Positions 1 through 11,594 are shown, counted from the stretch's first letter. The stretch is DNA of 64,000 nucleotides from Bacillus sp. (in: firmicutes) (GCA_051893475.1 JBJFHH010000027.1:1526-65525); one strand, 5' to 3'. Notes: generated from the sequence alone by a model not told the origin. Made by a program: numbers and translations.

Positions 1-2397
1 ATTGTAGATGTGCCGACAAGGCAGACGGATAATGCATATGATTATATTGTTCCGGATAAATGGGCGGGCATTATTTCGCCTGGAATGAGGGTAGTGGTTC
101 CTTTCGGTCCGCGCAAAGTGCAAGGATTTGTCGTTGCCATGAAAGCAAGCAGTGATGTCAATTTGGACAAGTTGAAGCAAATTGACTCTATATTAGATTT
201 TGAGCCGGTATTAACGGATGAGCTCATTGCGCTCGGCGATTATTTGACGAAGGAAACATTATGTTTGAAAATTATCGCTTATCAGGCGCTGCTGCCGGCC
301 GCTTTGAAGGCGAAATATAAGAAGTTCTTAAGGCTGACCGGACCGATGACCAATCTTGATGAGCATGTGCAAAAGTATTTTCTTCATCAGGAAATGGTCG
401 ATTTTGATGCGGCGATGAACCATGAGCATGCCAAGCTTTTTCAAAAGGAATTAAAAGCCGGTCATTTGGAAGTTCATTATCAAGTGGGAAACAAATTAAA
501 TAAAAAAACAGAGCGAACCGTTGAAGTAATCTTGTCAAGGGACGAGCTGCTTGCGTTTAAGGGAACAATCAGTCCTACTGCGAAAAAGCAGCGCTATATG
601 ATTGATTATTTCATCGAACATCCTGAATCCATCCGATTTCAGCAATTAACAGAAAGAACGAACTGTGGTGACAGTGTCATTAAGGCGCTGGCTGAAAAAG
701 GCGTTGTCCGAATCGTTCAAACCGAAGTATATCGCGATCCTTATAAGGAGCGGGAGTTTGAGAAAAGTAATCATTTGCCGTTGACGGAAGAACAGCAGCA
801 AGTGTTCGATATTGTAAAGGAAAGCATTGACGATAAACGACATGAGGTGTTCCTGCTTAAAGGTGTAACCGGCAGCGGCAAGACCGAAGTTTATTTGCAA
901 AGCATCAATGAAGTGTTGAAGAAAGGGCAGGAAGCAATAATGCTTGTTCCCGAAATTTCTTTAACACCGCAAATGGTGGAGCGTTTTAAAGGACGCTTCG
1001 GAGACCGTGTTGCTGTGCTGCACAGTGGTCTGTCAGTGGGAGAAAAATATGATGAATGGCGGAAAATTTTCCGGAAAGAAGTGCAGGTCGTTGTCGGCGC
1101 TCGTTCGGCGATTTTTGCACCGTTCCAAAAGCTTGGGCTCATTATTATTGATGAAGAGCATGAGGCAACGTACAAGCAGGAAGAAACACCGCGCTATCAT
1201 ACACGGGATGTAGCGATTAAACGAGGCGAATACCATCAATGTCCGGTCATTCTAGGCAGCGCAACACCGACATTGGAGTCATTTGCAAGAGCGCAAAAAG
1301 GTGTTTATAAACTGTTGGAGTTGAAAAGCCGTGTCAATAGCCGTCCGCTGCCGACTGTTGAAATTGTTGATATGCGTGAAGAGCTTCGTTCCGGAAACCG
1401 CTCTGTTTTTTCCAAGCTATTATTGGAAAAAATACATGAAAAAATCGAAAAAAATGAGCAAATTATTCTTATGTTGAATAAACGCGGACATTCCTCATTT
1501 GTGATGTGCAGAAGCTGCGGGGAGGTAACGAACTGTCCGAATTGCGATATTTCCTTAACCTTTCATAAATATAATTCAATGCTGAAATGTCATTATTGCG
1601 GTTATGAGGAGAGAATGCCTTCTGTATGTCCAGCTTGCGGAAGCGAGGCAATCCGTTTCTTCGGCACAGGCACACAAAAGGTGGAAGAGGAATTAATCAA
1701 GCTGATACCGAATGTGCGGATTATCAGAATGGATGTCGATACAACGAGCCGCAAAGGCAGCCATGAAAAGCTGCTGCAACAGTTTCAAGATCGAAAAGCG
1801 GATATACTGTTAGGTACGCAAATGATAGCTAAAGGTCTTGATTTTGCTAATGTTACACTAGTAGGCGTTTTATCTGCCGATACGATGCTGAATCTTCCTG
1901 ATTTTCGTTCCTCGGAGAAGACATTCCAATTGCTGACGCAGGTGAGCGGTCGCGCGGGCCGACATGAATTGCCGGGAGAAGTCATTATTCAATCGTACAC
2001 ACCGGATCATTATTCGATTGTTCTGGCTGCAAAACAATATTATGATGATTTTTTTGCCCATGAAATGCACATACGGCGGTTAAATCACTATCCGCCGTAT
2101 TACTATATTGCTCTGATTACTATATCTCATGAGGATTTAATGAAAACGGTGAATGTTGCCGACCGCATTACTCATTATTTGCGTCAAGGGCTATCGAAGC
2201 AAGCAATCATATTAGGACCGGCTGCGTCACCGATTCCGCGAATCAATAATAGATATCGCTATCAATGTTTGATAAAATACAAGCGGGAACCGCAGCTTCA
2301 TGAATTGCTGCACAATATAATTGAACATTATCGCCAGGAAATGGCACAAAAGGGTTTGCAGATCAATGTTGATTTGCACCCGCAAATGATGATGTAA
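1..2397 (+). CDS. priA: Primosomal protein N' (PriA helicase), 5' end lies before the window
   Basis: Frame open from base 1 (IVDVP...). Walker A GVTGSGKT, DEEH box, two CxxC pairs (CRSC/CPNC, CHYC/CPAC), QVSGRAGR motif VI. Upstream of def-fmt. Confidence 0.97.
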   Translation: MVDVPTRQTDNAYDYIVPDKWAGIISPGMRVVVPFGPRKVQGFVVAMKASSDVNLDKLKQIDSILDFEPVLTDELIALGDYLTKETLCLKIIAYQALLPAALKAKYKKFLRLTGPMTNLDEHVQKYFLHQEMVDFDAAMNHEHAKLFQKELKAGHLEVHYQVGNKLNKKTERTVEVILSRDELLAFKGTISPTAKKQRYMIDYFIEHPESIRFQQLTERTNCGDSVIKALAEKGVVRIVQTEVYRDPYKEREFEKSNHLPLTEEQQQVFDIVKESIDDKRHEVFLLKGVTGSGKTEVYLQSINEVLKKGQEAIMLVPEISLTPQMVERFKGRFGDRVAVLHSGLSVGEKYDEWRKIFRKEVQVVVGARSAIFAPFQKLGLIIIDEEHEATYKQEETPRYHTRDVAIKRGEYHQCPVILGSATPTLESFARAQKGVYKLLELKSRVNSRPLPTVEIVDMREELRSGNRSVFSKLLLEKIHEKIEKNEQIILMLNKRGHSSFVMCRSCGEVTNCPNCDISLTFHKYNSMLKCHYCGYEERMPSVCPACGSEAIRFFGTGTQKVEEELIKLIPNVRIIRMDVDTTSRKGSHEKLLQQFQDRKADILLGTQMIAKGLDFANVTLVGVLSADTMLNLPDFRSSEKTFQLLTQVSGRAGRHELPGEVIIQSYTPDHYSIVLAAKQYYDDFFAHEMHIRRLNHYPPYYYIALITISHEDLMKTVNVADRITHYLRQGLSKQAIILGPAASPIPRINNRYRYQCLIKYKREPQLHELLHNIIEHYRQEMAQKGLQINVDLHPQMMM

Positions 2398-2419
2398 GAA
2401 AGTTTTAGGAGGAAATGAA

Positions 2420-2905
2420 TTGGCTGTATTACCAATTGTAGAATATCCGAACGATATTTTAGAAAGAAAATGTGAAACGGTGGAAGTGTTTGATAAAAAA
2501 TTGGCGAAGCTGTTGGATAATATGTACGATACGATGATCGAACATGACGGTGTTGGATTGGCTGCGCCGCAAGTCAATGTCGCCAAACAAATTGCTATCG
2601 TTGAAATAGATGAAGAATCAGGCACGCTCGAGATGATCAACCCGAAAATTTTACAAGTGAAAGGCTCTCAAACAGATGTTGAAGGATGCCTGAGCTTTCC
2701 GGGACTATACGGTGAAGTAGAACGTGCCGACTATGTAAAGGTTGAAGCACAGGACCGTAAAGGCAAGACGTATATTGTTGAAGCGGAAGATTTTTTCGCG
2801 AGAGCGATTTTACATGAAATCGATCACCTTGAAGGCGTGTTATTCACGTCGAAGGTTTTACGTTATATAGATGAAGCAGAATTAGAAGGGTTTGAAGAAG
2901 AATGA
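2420..2905 (+). CDS. def: Peptide deformylase
   Basis: [13 protein letters not shown] and HEIDH motifs; TTG start after an AGGAGG RBS. Confidence 0.97.
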   Translation: MAVLPIVEYPNDILERKCETVEVFDKKLAKLLDNMYDTMIEHDGVGLAAPQVNVAKQIAIVEIDEESGTLEMINPKILQVKGSQTDVEGCLSFPGLYGEVERADYVKVEAQDRKGKTYIVEAEDFFARAILHEIDHLEGVLFTSKVLRYIDEAELEGFEEE

Positions 2906-3852
2906 CAAAAATCGTATTTATGGGAACGCCGGATTTCTCAGTACCGGTACTGCAACGAATTTTAAACGACGGCTATGAAGTGATTGCCGTTGTCACACAG
3001 CCTGATCGTCCGGTAGGAAGAAAGCGGATTATGACACCGCCGCCGGTGAAGGTTGAAGCGTTAAAGCATAATATTCCTGTGTATCAGCCGGAAAAAATTC
3101 GCAATCGTGAAGATTTGGATCAAATTTTGGCTCTGAATCCGGATTTAATCGTAACAGCGGCTTTCGGGCAAATATTGCCGAAGGAGCTGCTTGATGCGCC
3201 GAAGTTAGGATGCATTAACGTTCATGCATCATTGCTGCCGGAGCTGCGCGGAGGAGCGCCGATTCACTATGCGATCCTTGAAGGCAAGAAACAAACAGGC
3301 ATTACGATTATGTATATGGCTGAGAAGCTTGATGCGGGCGATATTTTAACGCAAGCATCGGTTGAAATTGCTGAGGATGACAACGTAGGAACATTGCATG
3401 ACAAGTTGAGCGCGATCGGTTCGGATTTGTTATCGGAAACATTGCCGAAGCTGATTGCCGGCGAACTGAAAGGCATCCCTCAAGATGATGCAAAAGCGAC
3501 TTTTGCTTCCAATATTAAACGCGAACAGGAAAGAATCGATTGGTCTGCTTCAGGTGAAGACATTTATAATAAAGTTCGCGGCTTGAATCCGTGGCCGGTC
3601 GCGTATACAACGCTTCAAGATAAGGTGCTGAAAGTATGGAAGGCTGAAAAAGTCACAAGTGATGCACAAGCAGCTCCAGGTGAAATCATTAGCCGCGAAG
3701 AAGACGGATTCATTGTCAAAACAGGCAATGAGACTGCGATCAAAATTACTGAACTGCAGCCTGCAGGAAAGAAAAAAATGACAAGCTATGATTACTTGCG
3801 CGGCGCAGGGTCTCAGCTGGCGATTGGTGAACAATTGGGAGCTGAATCATGA
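2902..3852 (+). CDS. fmt: Methionyl-tRNA formyltransferase
   Basis: [10 protein letters not shown] start, [14 protein letters not shown]; overlaps the def stop. Confidence 0.97.
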   Translation: MTKIVFMGTPDFSVPVLQRILNDGYEVIAVVTQPDRPVGRKRIMTPPPVKVEALKHNIPVYQPEKIRNREDLDQILALNPDLIVTAAFGQILPKELLDAPKLGCINVHASLLPELRGGAPIHYAILEGKKQTGITIMYMAEKLDAGDILTQASVEIAEDDNVGTLHDKLSAIGSDLLSETLPKLIAGELKGIPQDDAKATFASNIKREQERIDWSASGEDIYNKVRGLNPWPVAYTTLQDKVLKVWKAEKVTSDAQAAPGEIISREEDGFIVKTGNETAIKITELQPAGKKKMTSYDYLRGAGSQLAIGEQLGAES

Positions 3853-5201
3853 GCAAAAAAACAATGAAAAAAACGGTTCGAGAGCTGGCATTGGATTTAA
3901 TTGTTTCCGTTGAGAAAAACCAATCATACAGCAACCTGTTATTAAATACGACAATCAATAAAAATCAGTTGTCGTCGGCGGACAGCCGTTTGCTTACGGA
4001 ACTGACTTACGGAACGATACAACGCAAGCTGACATTGGACTATTATTTGCAGCCTTTTATAAAAAAAGGTTCAAAAATTGAAGAGTGGGTAATGGTTTTA
4101 TTGCGATTATCACTCTATCAACTGCAATATTTAGATAAGATTCCCGATCATGCTGTTTTATTCGAGGCAGTGGAAATTGCTAAAAAACGTGGTCACAAAG
4201 GTATTGCCAGCATGGTGAATGGCGTCCTTCGCTCCGTACAGCGAAAAGGAATCCCTTCAACGGAATTAATTGCTGATCCAATCGAAAGAATCAGCGTAGA
4301 AACAAGCACACCTTTATGGCTTGTAAAACGCTGGAGTGAACAGTACGGCATTTCGAAAACGAAGGAAATGTGCGAAAGAAATCTACTGGCTCCAAAGCAG
4401 ACTGCTAGAGTCAATGCAACGAAAGCAAGCCGTGAGCAAGTAATAGCGTTATTAGAGGAAGAAGGCTATTCTGTAGAGGCAAGTCCAATTATTCCGGATG
4501 CTATTGTTTGCCAGCAAGGGAATATGGCTCATTCAAAAGCGTTTGCTGATGGATTGTTTACGATTCAAGATGAAAGCTCGATGTTGGTTTCTTATGCGCT
4601 TGGAGCAAACGGCAATGATCAAGTGCTGGATACATGCGCAGCGCCTGGCGGCAAAACAACTTCTATTGCTGAGAAATTGACGGATGGACAAGTTGTCGCA
4701 TTGGACTTGCATGAGCATAAAGTAAAGCTGATCAATGAAACGGCCAATCGTCTTGGTCTGGATAACATTACAACTTACGCATTCGATGCTAGAAAGGTAG
4801 CAGACAAGTTCGCACCGGAATCATTCGATAAAGTATTGGTCGATGCCCCATGCTCTGGTCTGGGCGTATTAAGAAGAAAACCTGATGCGAAATACGCTAA
4901 AAGCGCGGAAGATGTCAGCCGTTTGGCAACGATTCAAGAAAATATTTTATCAGCAGCTGCGCCTTTGGTTAAACAAGGTGGCACGTTAGTATATAGTACG
5001 TGTACAATAGACAAAGAGGAAAATGATGGCGTTGTGCAGGCGTTTTTGGCGACGCACCCGCAATTTTCGCTAGACAGTAAACTAGCGGATCGCTTGCCTG
5101 AAAAAGTGAAGCCGTTAGTAGAGAACAACTGCTTACAGCTTTTCCCGCAAGATATTGAAAGTGACGGGTTTTTTATCGCCTGTTTTAGAAAAGAGGAATA
5201 A
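3849..5201 (+). CDS. rsmB: 16S rRNA (cytosine-967-C5)-methyltransferase RsmB/Sun
   Basis: NusB-like N-terminus, [14 protein letters not shown] and YSTCT motifs. Confidence 0.95.
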   Translation: MSKKTMKKTVRELALDLIVSVEKNQSYSNLLLNTTINKNQLSSADSRLLTELTYGTIQRKLTLDYYLQPFIKKGSKIEEWVMVLLRLSLYQLQYLDKIPDHAVLFEAVEIAKKRGHKGIASMVNGVLRSVQRKGIPSTELIADPIERISVETSTPLWLVKRWSEQYGISKTKEMCERNLLAPKQTARVNATKASREQVIALLEEEGYSVEASPIIPDAIVCQQGNMAHSKAFADGLFTIQDESSMLVSYALGANGNDQVLDTCAAPGGKTTSIAEKLTDGQVVALDLHEHKVKLINETANRLGLDNITTYAFDARKVADKFAPESFDKVLVDAPCSGLGVLRRKPDAKYAKSAEDVSRLATIQENILSAAAPLVKQGGTLVYSTCTIDKEENDGVVQAFLATHPQFSLDSKLADRLPEKVKPLVENNCLQLFPQDIESDGFFIACFRKEE

Positions 5202-5204
5202 CAA

Positions 5205-6281
5205 ATGAAACAAAAAAATGCAACAGAAGAAACACAAAAGCCTTCTATCTATTCTCTTGAGCCGAACGAGCTAAAAGAATGGTTAAAGGATAATGGAGAA
5301 AAGCCGTTCCGTGCTGATCAAATTTTACAATGGCTGTACAAGCAAAGAGTCTCTAGCTTTGAGGATATGTCGAATTTATCCAAGTCGCTGCGCGAAAAGC
5401 TTGAGGAGCATTTCACGTTGACAACATTAAAAACATTGATTCAGCAAACATCTGCAGACGGAACAATGAAGTTTTTATTCGAGCTTCATGACGGTTACTC
5501 TATTGAAACAGTATTAATGAAGCATGAATATGGTAATTCTGTATGTGTAACCACTCAGGTCGGATGTCGAATCGGCTGTACATTCTGTGCGTCCACATTA
5601 GGCGGATTAAAGCGAAATCTGGAAGCTGGTGAAATTGTCGCTCAAGTTGTTAAGGTTCAGCAGGCTTTAGATGAAATGGATGAGCGCGTAAGCTCAATTG
5701 TTATTATGGGTATCGGCGAGCCGTTTGATAATTATGATGAAATGATGAGCTTCTTGCGTATTGTCAATCATGAAAAAGGTTTGCATATTGGTGCTAGACA
5801 TATTACGGTTTCAACAAGCGGAATTGTGCCGAAAATTTATCAGTTTGCTGATGAGAATCTGCAAATTAATTTTGCGATTTCGCTTCATGCGCCGAATAAT
5901 GAGCTGCGCGGCAAGCTGATGCCGATTAACCGTGCTTATAAGCTGCCTCAGCTGATGGAAGCGGTGAAATATTATGTCGATAAAACAGGACGTCGTATTA
6001 CGTTTGAATACGGTCTGTTCGGCGGAGAAAACGATCAAGTCGAGCATGCGCTTGAGTTGGCTGATTTGATTAAAGGTTTAAAATGCCATGTGAATTTAAT
6101 ACCTGTAAACTATGTGCCGGAGCGTGACTATGTCAGAACGCCAAAAGAGCAAATTGCTTTGTTTGAAAAAACATTGAAGAGCAAAGGTGTAAACGTTACT
6201 GTTCGTAGAGAGCAAGGACATGATATCGATGCAGCATGCGGACAACTTCGTGCGAAAGAGAGAAAAGAAGAGACGAGGTGA
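5205..6281 (+). CDS. rlmN: 23S rRNA (adenine-2503-C2)-methyltransferase RlmN (radical SAM)
   Basis: CRIGCTFC (CX3CX2C), [15 protein letters not shown]. Confidence 0.97.
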   Translation: MKQKNATEETQKPSIYSLEPNELKEWLKDNGEKPFRADQILQWLYKQRVSSFEDMSNLSKSLREKLEEHFTLTTLKTLIQQTSADGTMKFLFELHDGYSIETVLMKHEYGNSVCVTTQVGCRIGCTFCASTLGGLKRNLEAGEIVAQVVKVQQALDEMDERVSSIVIMGIGEPFDNYDEMMSFLRIVNHEKGLHIGARHITVSTSGIVPKIYQFADENLQINFAISLHAPNNELRGKLMPINRAYKLPQLMEAVKYYVDKTGRRITFEYGLFGGENDQVEHALELADLIKGLKCHVNLIPVNYVPERDYVRTPKEQIALFEKTLKSKGVNVTVRREQGHDIDAACGQLRAKERKEETR

Positions 6282-6286
6282 ATGGT

Positions 6287-7045
6287 ATGAAGGCTGTTTT
6301 TAAAACAGACCGAGGCAAAGTAAGGTCACACAATGAGGATAATGGCGGTTATTTTTTTAATAAAGCTGGGGAAATCCTTGTTGTTGTGGCTGATGGTATG
6401 GGGGGACACCGTGCGGGAGATGTCGCGAGCAGTATGGCTGTTACATATTTGCACGAACATTGGACGGAGCAGGAAGCGATGGACAATCCTGCAAGCGCGG
6501 AAAGCTGGTTAGGCAAACAAATTAAGCGAGTTAATGAAGCTATTTTTAATCATGCCCAAACGCATGCCGAATGCCAAGGAATGGGTACGACACTTGTTGC
6601 GGCAATATGTACGGAAAGGTTTACGACTATAGCCCATATTGGCGATAGTCGCTGCTACCTTTATAATGAAAACGGCTTTAAACAAATTACCGAGGATCAT
6701 TCTCTTGTGAACGAACTCGTTCGGACTGGGCAAATCAGTCGTGAGGACGCGGAGCATCATCCAAGGAAAAATGTGTTGCTACGTGCTTTAGGCACCGAAC
6801 CGAACGTACAGTTCGACTGTAAAACAATCGTTTTTGAAGAAGGGGATTATTTATTATTAAGCTCTGATGGCCTGACTAACAAAGTCAGCCATCAGGAACT
6901 GCTCGAAACAATTGAGCAGGAAACGACGCTGGATGAAAAGGCGGAATCGCTTATAAACAAGGCGAATGCCTATGGCGGCGAAGATAATATAACGCTTGTT
7001 CTGCTTAAGTATGATCAAGCTTCAGAAGGTGTGGAAACGTCATGA
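6287..7045 (+). CDS. prpC: PP2C-family Ser/Thr phosphatase PrpC/Stp1
   Basis: NED, VADGMGGH, HIGDSR, SDGL, DNIT motifs; start reset to ATG 6287 after a GAGGTG RBS. Confidence 0.93.
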   Translation: MKAVFKTDRGKVRSHNEDNGGYFFNKAGEILVVVADGMGGHRAGDVASSMAVTYLHEHWTEQEAMDNPASAESWLGKQIKRVNEAIFNHAQTHAECQGMGTTLVAAICTERFTTIAHIGDSRCYLYNENGFKQITEDHSLVNELVRTGQISREDAEHHPRKNVLLRALGTEPNVQFDCKTIVFEEGDYLLLSSDGLTNKVSHQELLETIEQETTLDEKAESLINKANAYGGEDNITLVLLKYDQASEGVETS

Positions 7046-9075
7046 TGATCGGCAAACGAATTAATGGCCGTTACAAAATTGTCGAAATGATTGGCGGAGG
7101 CGGAATGGCAAACGTCTATTTGGCCGAGGACATGATTTTGGAAAGAGAAGTAGCTGTCAAAATATTGCGCCTTGATTTTGCCAATGATGAAGAGCTGATT
7201 AAACGCTTCAATCGCGAAGCGCAAGCTGCCACAAGTTTAGACCACCCTAATATTGTAAATATATATGATGTCGGCGAAGAAAATGATATTTATTATATCG
7301 TCATGGAATATGTAAAAGGATTGACATTGAAGCAGTACATTCAAAGACATCATCATATTCCGGTCGAAAAGACGTTACATATTATGGAACAAGTTACGTC
7401 AGCAATTGAACATGCGCATCAGCACGGAATCATCCATCGCGATATTAAACCGCAAAATATATTGATTGATGAAAATGATAACGTGAAAATCACCGATTTC
7501 GGTATTGCGACAGCATTGAGTGCGACAACAATCACGCAAACAAATTCTGTATTGGGTTCTGTTCACTATTTGTCTCCTGAACAAGCTAGAGGCGGAATGG
7601 CGAACAAGAAATCCGATGTTTATTCTTTAGGTATTGTTATGTTTGAGCTTTTGACAGGGCGTTTGCCATTCTCAGGCGAATCTGCTGTTTCAATAGCATT
7701 AAAGCATTTGCAGACGACAACCCCTTCTGTGAAAAGATGGAATCCGTCAGTGCCGCAAAGTGTAGAAAACATCGTTTTGAAAGCGACTGCAAAAGATTCT
7801 TTCCACAGATATGACAGCGTTCATGAAATGAAAGAGGATATCGAGACGGCGCTCATGCCGGATCGATTGAACGAGCTGCCATTTGTCATTCCTGAAGATA
7901 TGGATGCGACAAAAGCGATGCCGATCATAACTGATCGCACGGTTGTTCCGGGCTATGACGATACGATTGTCGCGACTGAAAACACGGTAACGCAAAATGT
8001 GCAAAAGCAACCTGTTGACAGCAAGCCAAACGCTGATAGCAAAGCAAAATCAAAAAAATTAAAGAAGAAAAAGAAGAAAAAAGAGAAAAAACCAAAGAGA
8101 AAGCTCTTCAAAATCTTACTGATTACTCTTGTCTGCATAGGACTGCTAATTGTTTTGACATTGACTGTCTTACCAAGGCTTCTAACTCCATCTGAGGTAA
8201 AAGTGCCTGATGTTTCAGGCGAAACGCTAGAGGATGCGATTGAAATTTTGCTAGCAAAAGGGCTTGAGGCTGGAGAAGAAACGGAAGTTGAAAATGATGA
8301 AGTGGAAGCTAATCATGTAATCAGCACCAGTCCGGCAGCCGGAAGAAATGTGAAAAAGGGTGCTGCTATCAATTTGACAATCAGCAAGGGGCCAAAGGAA
8401 GTCGAATTAGATGATTATACCGGAAAAAACATTGATGTTGTAAAACGGCTTCTTAAGAACCTGGGGTTTGAAGATGATAATATTGTTGTGACCGAGGAAT
8501 ACAATGATAGTGTAGCTTCCGGGAATGTCATCAGACAATCACCGCTAGCTAATTCAACGGTTATTCCTTCTCAGGAGGTCATTGAATTGACGGTCAGCAA
8601 GGGGTCTCAGCAAATTACGCTAAAGGATTTGAGAGGCTTTAACGAGGCTGGAGTAAAGGGGTATGCTTCAGAAACCGGCTTGAAATATACGATTTCTGAG
8701 GAAGCATATTCGAATGACGTTCCTGCAGGAGAAGTTATTTCGCAATCGCCGGATCCCGGTACAAAACTGAGTGTAGGAAGCACTATAAAAGTTGTCATTT
8801 CGAAAGGAAAAGAAGAACTGCCACCAAAGCAAAAAGTTGTACAAATTACGATTCCGTATGAACCTGAAATACCGGGGGAGCCGCAGGAAGTGATTGTCTA
8901 TATAGAAGATATGAATAATAGTATGACAGATCCTGCGGATACTTTTATGATTACAGAAACAACGACCAAGGAATATACATTGCAAATTGCTCAGGATGGT
9001 GTTGCTGGATATAGGGTTGTCAGAGATACTAAGGAAATTCTGAGCGATAAAATTCCATATTCAACGGAGGAATAA
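7042..9075 (+). CDS. prkC: PASTA-domain Ser/Thr kinase PrkC/Stk1
   Basis: GGGGMANV, HRDIKPQN, DFG, SPE kinase motifs; TM helix; three PASTA-like repeats. Confidence 0.96.
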   Translation: MMIGKRINGRYKIVEMIGGGGMANVYLAEDMILEREVAVKILRLDFANDEELIKRFNREAQAATSLDHPNIVNIYDVGEENDIYYIVMEYVKGLTLKQYIQRHHHIPVEKTLHIMEQVTSAIEHAHQHGIIHRDIKPQNILIDENDNVKITDFGIATALSATTITQTNSVLGSVHYLSPEQARGGMANKKSDVYSLGIVMFELLTGRLPFSGESAVSIALKHLQTTTPSVKRWNPSVPQSVENIVLKATAKDSFHRYDSVHEMKEDIETALMPDRLNELPFVIPEDMDATKAMPIITDRTVVPGYDDTIVATENTVTQNVQKQPVDSKPNADSKAKSKKLKKKKKKKEKKPKRKLFKILLITLVCIGLLIVLTLTVLPRLLTPSEVKVPDVSGETLEDAIEILLAKGLEAGEETEVENDEVEANHVISTSPAAGRNVKKGAAINLTISKGPKEVELDDYTGKNIDVVKRLLKNLGFEDDNIVVTEEYNDSVASGNVIRQSPLANSTVIPSQEVIELTVSKGSQQITLKDLRGFNEAGVKGYASETGLKYTISEEAYSNDVPAGEVISQSPDPGTKLSVGSTIKVVISKGKEELPPKQKVVQITIPYEPEIPGEPQEVIVYIEDMNNSMTDPADTFMITETTTKEYTLQIAQDGVAGYRVVRDTKEILSDKIPYSTEE

Positions 9076-9091
9076 TATTAGGAGTGAAGCT

Positions 9092-9970
9092 ATGCCTGAA
9101 GGGAAAATTATTAAAGCATTGGCCGGTTTTTATTATGTTAAGGACGGAGATAAAACGATTCAATGTCGTGGCAGAGGCGTTTTCCGCAAGAGAAAAATCA
9201 CACCTCTTGTCGGAGATGATGTCGTATACCAATATGAAAACGAGCAAGAGGGTTATATATTAGAAATTAAAGAGCGGAAAAATGAGCTTGTTCGCCCGCC
9301 AATCAGTAATGTTGACCAAGCGATTCTCGTTTTCTCAGCGGTTGAACCGGCCTTCAGCACCTTGCTGCTTGACCGATTTTTAGTACTGATCGAAGCCAAT
9401 GATATTCAGGCGATTATCGTCATCAGCAAATTTGATTTGCTGTCTGAAAGTGAGCAGCAAAAAATCAAGCAATACCAAGAAGATTATCAAAAAGCGGGAT
9501 ATGATGTTTTAACAACATCTTCTGTTACAGCTGAGGGAATGGAAGAGCTAAAGCCGTTTATCGGACATGCGGTCAGCGTATTTGCAGGACAGTCCGGTGT
9601 CGGGAAATCTTCCTTGCTGAATGCATTGAACCCGGAATTACAATTGAAAACTAACGATATTTCTTCGCATTTAGGCCGAGGTAAGCATACGACGCGTCAT
9701 GTTGAATTGATTCCGATTGGAGAAGGACTGGTCGCAGACACGCCAGGATTCTCTTCACTCGATTTTACCATCGAGGAAGGGGAATTGTCCGACTGCTTTC
9801 CGGAAATGCGCGAGAAAAGCCAGGAATGCAAGTTCAGAGGCTGTTTGCATGACAAAGAGCCGAAATGTGCCGTTAAAGAGGCGGTAGCGAGCGGAGAAAT
9901 CCAACAATACAGATATGATCATTATATGGAATTTTTAGCTGAAATTAGAGACAGAAAGCCGAGGTACTAA
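9092..9970 (+). CDS. rsgA: Ribosome small subunit-dependent GTPase A (CpgA)
   Basis: GQSGVGKSS, RGKHTTR, DTPGF, zinc motif CKFRGCLHDKEPKC. Confidence 0.96.
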   Translation: MPEGKIIKALAGFYYVKDGDKTIQCRGRGVFRKRKITPLVGDDVVYQYENEQEGYILEIKERKNELVRPPISNVDQAILVFSAVEPAFSTLLLDRFLVLIEANDIQAIIVISKFDLLSESEQQKIKQYQEDYQKAGYDVLTTSSVTAEGMEELKPFIGHAVSVFAGQSGVGKSSLLNALNPELQLKTNDISSHLGRGKHTTRHVELIPIGEGLVADTPGFSSLDFTIEEGELSDCFPEMREKSQECKFRGCLHDKEPKCAVKEAVASGEIQQYRYDHYMEFLAEIRDRKPRY

Positions 9971-9973
9971 ACG

Positions 9974-10618
9974 ATGATTAAAATTGCTCCTTCAATTTTA
10001 TCAGCAGATTTTGCAAAATTAGGGGAAGAAATTAAAGATGTGGAACGAGGCGGCGCCGACTATATTCATGTGGATGTTATGGATGGCCATTTCGTACCTA
10101 ATATTACAATTGGACCATTAATTGTTGAAGCAATCCGTCCGGTGACAAAGCTTCCATTGGACGTGCACTTAATGATTGAAAATCCCGATGATTATATCGA
10201 AGAGTTTGCAAGAGCCGGAGCGGACTATATTACAGTGCATGTAGAGGCGTGCAAACATCTTCACCGTACAATTGGTTTGATTAAATCATTAGGCGTTAAA
10301 GCGGGGGTTGTATTGAACCCTGCTACACCTGTCAATACCATTCAGCATGTGATTAAACATGTCGATATGGTATTGCTGATGAGCGTTAATCCGGGATTCG
10401 GCGGACAATCATTCATTCCTGAGGTGCTTCCGAAAATCCGTGAGGTGAAGGCGATGGCGGATGAATTCAATCCGGCGCTTGAAATCGAAATTGATGGCGG
10501 TGTGAACGCGGAAACGGCAAAATTATGTATCGAAGCAGGTGCGAATGTATTAGTGGCTGGTTCTGCTATTTACAATCAAAGCGATCGAAAAGCGGCAATC
10601 GCTGCAATTCGAGGCTAA
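9974..10618 (+). CDS. rpe: Ribulose-phosphate 3-epimerase
   Basis: IAPSILSADF, HVDVMDGHFVPN, MSVNPGFGGQ, DGG. Confidence 0.97.
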   Translation: MIKIAPSILSADFAKLGEEIKDVERGGADYIHVDVMDGHFVPNITIGPLIVEAIRPVTKLPLDVHLMIENPDDYIEEFARAGADYITVHVEACKHLHRTIGLIKSLGVKAGVVLNPATPVNTIQHVIKHVDMVLLMSVNPGFGGQSFIPEVLPKIREVKAMADEFNPALEIEIDGGVNAETAKLCIEAGANVLVAGSAIYNQSDRKAAIAAIRG

Positions 10619-10629
10619 ATTGCTCATGG

Positions 10630-10669
10630 GGCCTCTAAAAAGCCGTTATCGGACTTTTAGAGGCCTTTT
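10630..10669 (+). terminator. Intrinsic terminator after rpe
   Basis: GGCCTCTAAAA ... TTTTAGAGGCC stem followed by TTTT. Confidence 0.7.
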
Positions 10670-10702
10670 AAGCATCTTTGGATAGAAAGGGTTGGAATAC
10701 CG

Positions 10703-11347
10703 ATGAGAGACATATACATAATGGCAGGAGGGCCGACAGAGCACGTTCCTGATCTAACAGCATTGAATAAACCGATGATTTGGGTCGGGGTTGATAAAGG
10801 AATTAGCACCCTGCTGGCTAAAGGCATCATGCCGGATATCGTGTTTGGTGATTTTGATTCCGTCGATCAGGCATCATTAAAGGTGATTGAACATGTCGAG
10901 AAGTATCAATATCCTGCTGAAAAAGATGATACGGACCTTGCTTTGGCGTTAGACTGGGCATTGCAGCAGAAACCGGATCACATTCGAATTTTCGGTAATA
11001 CGGGAGGGAGGATGGATCATACATTGGCCGGTGTGCAATTATTATTGCGAGATAATTCTTTGCGAAGCGAAACATTCGTACAAATAGTGGATGAAAGCAA
11101 TGTGGTATCTGCTTTTCTTCCAGGAGTATATTCAATCATGCCGCTGGATTCTTTCAAATACATATCATTCTTTTCAATGACAGCGATTGTGAGCGATTTG
11201 ACGCTGAGAGGGTTTAAATACCCATTGATGAATAAAGAACTGCGCTTAGGGGATACATTGTGCGTAAGCAATGAACTTATTTTGAAGAGCGGTCATTTTT
11301 CATTTACTGACGGCATATTATTGATGGTAAGAAGTATGGATAAATAA
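10703..11347 (+). CDS. thiN: Thiamine diphosphokinase
   Basis: GVDKG, GDFDS, EKDDTD, GGRMDH motifs; yloS position. Confidence 0.93.
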   Translation: MRDIYIMAGGPTEHVPDLTALNKPMIWVGVDKGISTLLAKGIMPDIVFGDFDSVDQASLKVIEHVEKYQYPAEKDDTDLALALDWALQQKPDHIRIFGNTGGRMDHTLAGVQLLLRDNSLRSETFVQIVDESNVVSAFLPGVYSIMPLDSFKYISFFSMTAIVSDLTLRGFKYPLMNKELRLGDTLCVSNELILKSGHFSFTDGILLMVRSMDK

Positions 11348-11452
11348 ATTCCATTTCGAATGATGGCACATTGTCATTAAATGAGATTATTTAGGATCCG
11401 GACAATGTTTGACGTATAGTGAATAAGCTGTTAGCAAGTGAGGAGGGAAATT

Positions 11453-11533
11453 ATGAAGTTTTATACGATTAAACTTCCAAGATTTCTTGGCGGATTGGTG
11501 CGGGCAATGCTGGGAGCATTTAAAAAAGGATAA
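11453..11533 (+). CDS. spoVM: Stage V sporulation protein M (26 aa, missing from the ORF track)
   Basis: Translates to MKFYTIKLPRFLGGLVRAMLGAFKKG, close to B. subtilis SpoVM; RBS GAGGAGG; syntenic between thiN and rpmB. Confidence 0.96.
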   Translation: MKFYTIKLPRFLGGLVRAMLGAFKKG

Positions 11534-11557
11534 TGCAAAAAACATATTGTAAAAAGC

Positions 11558-11594
11558 AAAACAGCACTCTTTTATAACAAGAGTGCTGTTTTTT
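11558..11594. terminator. Bidirectional terminator between convergent spoVM and rpmB
   Basis: AAAACAGCACTCTT ... AAGAGTGCTGTTTT perfect stem with A/T tails. Confidence 0.8.
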
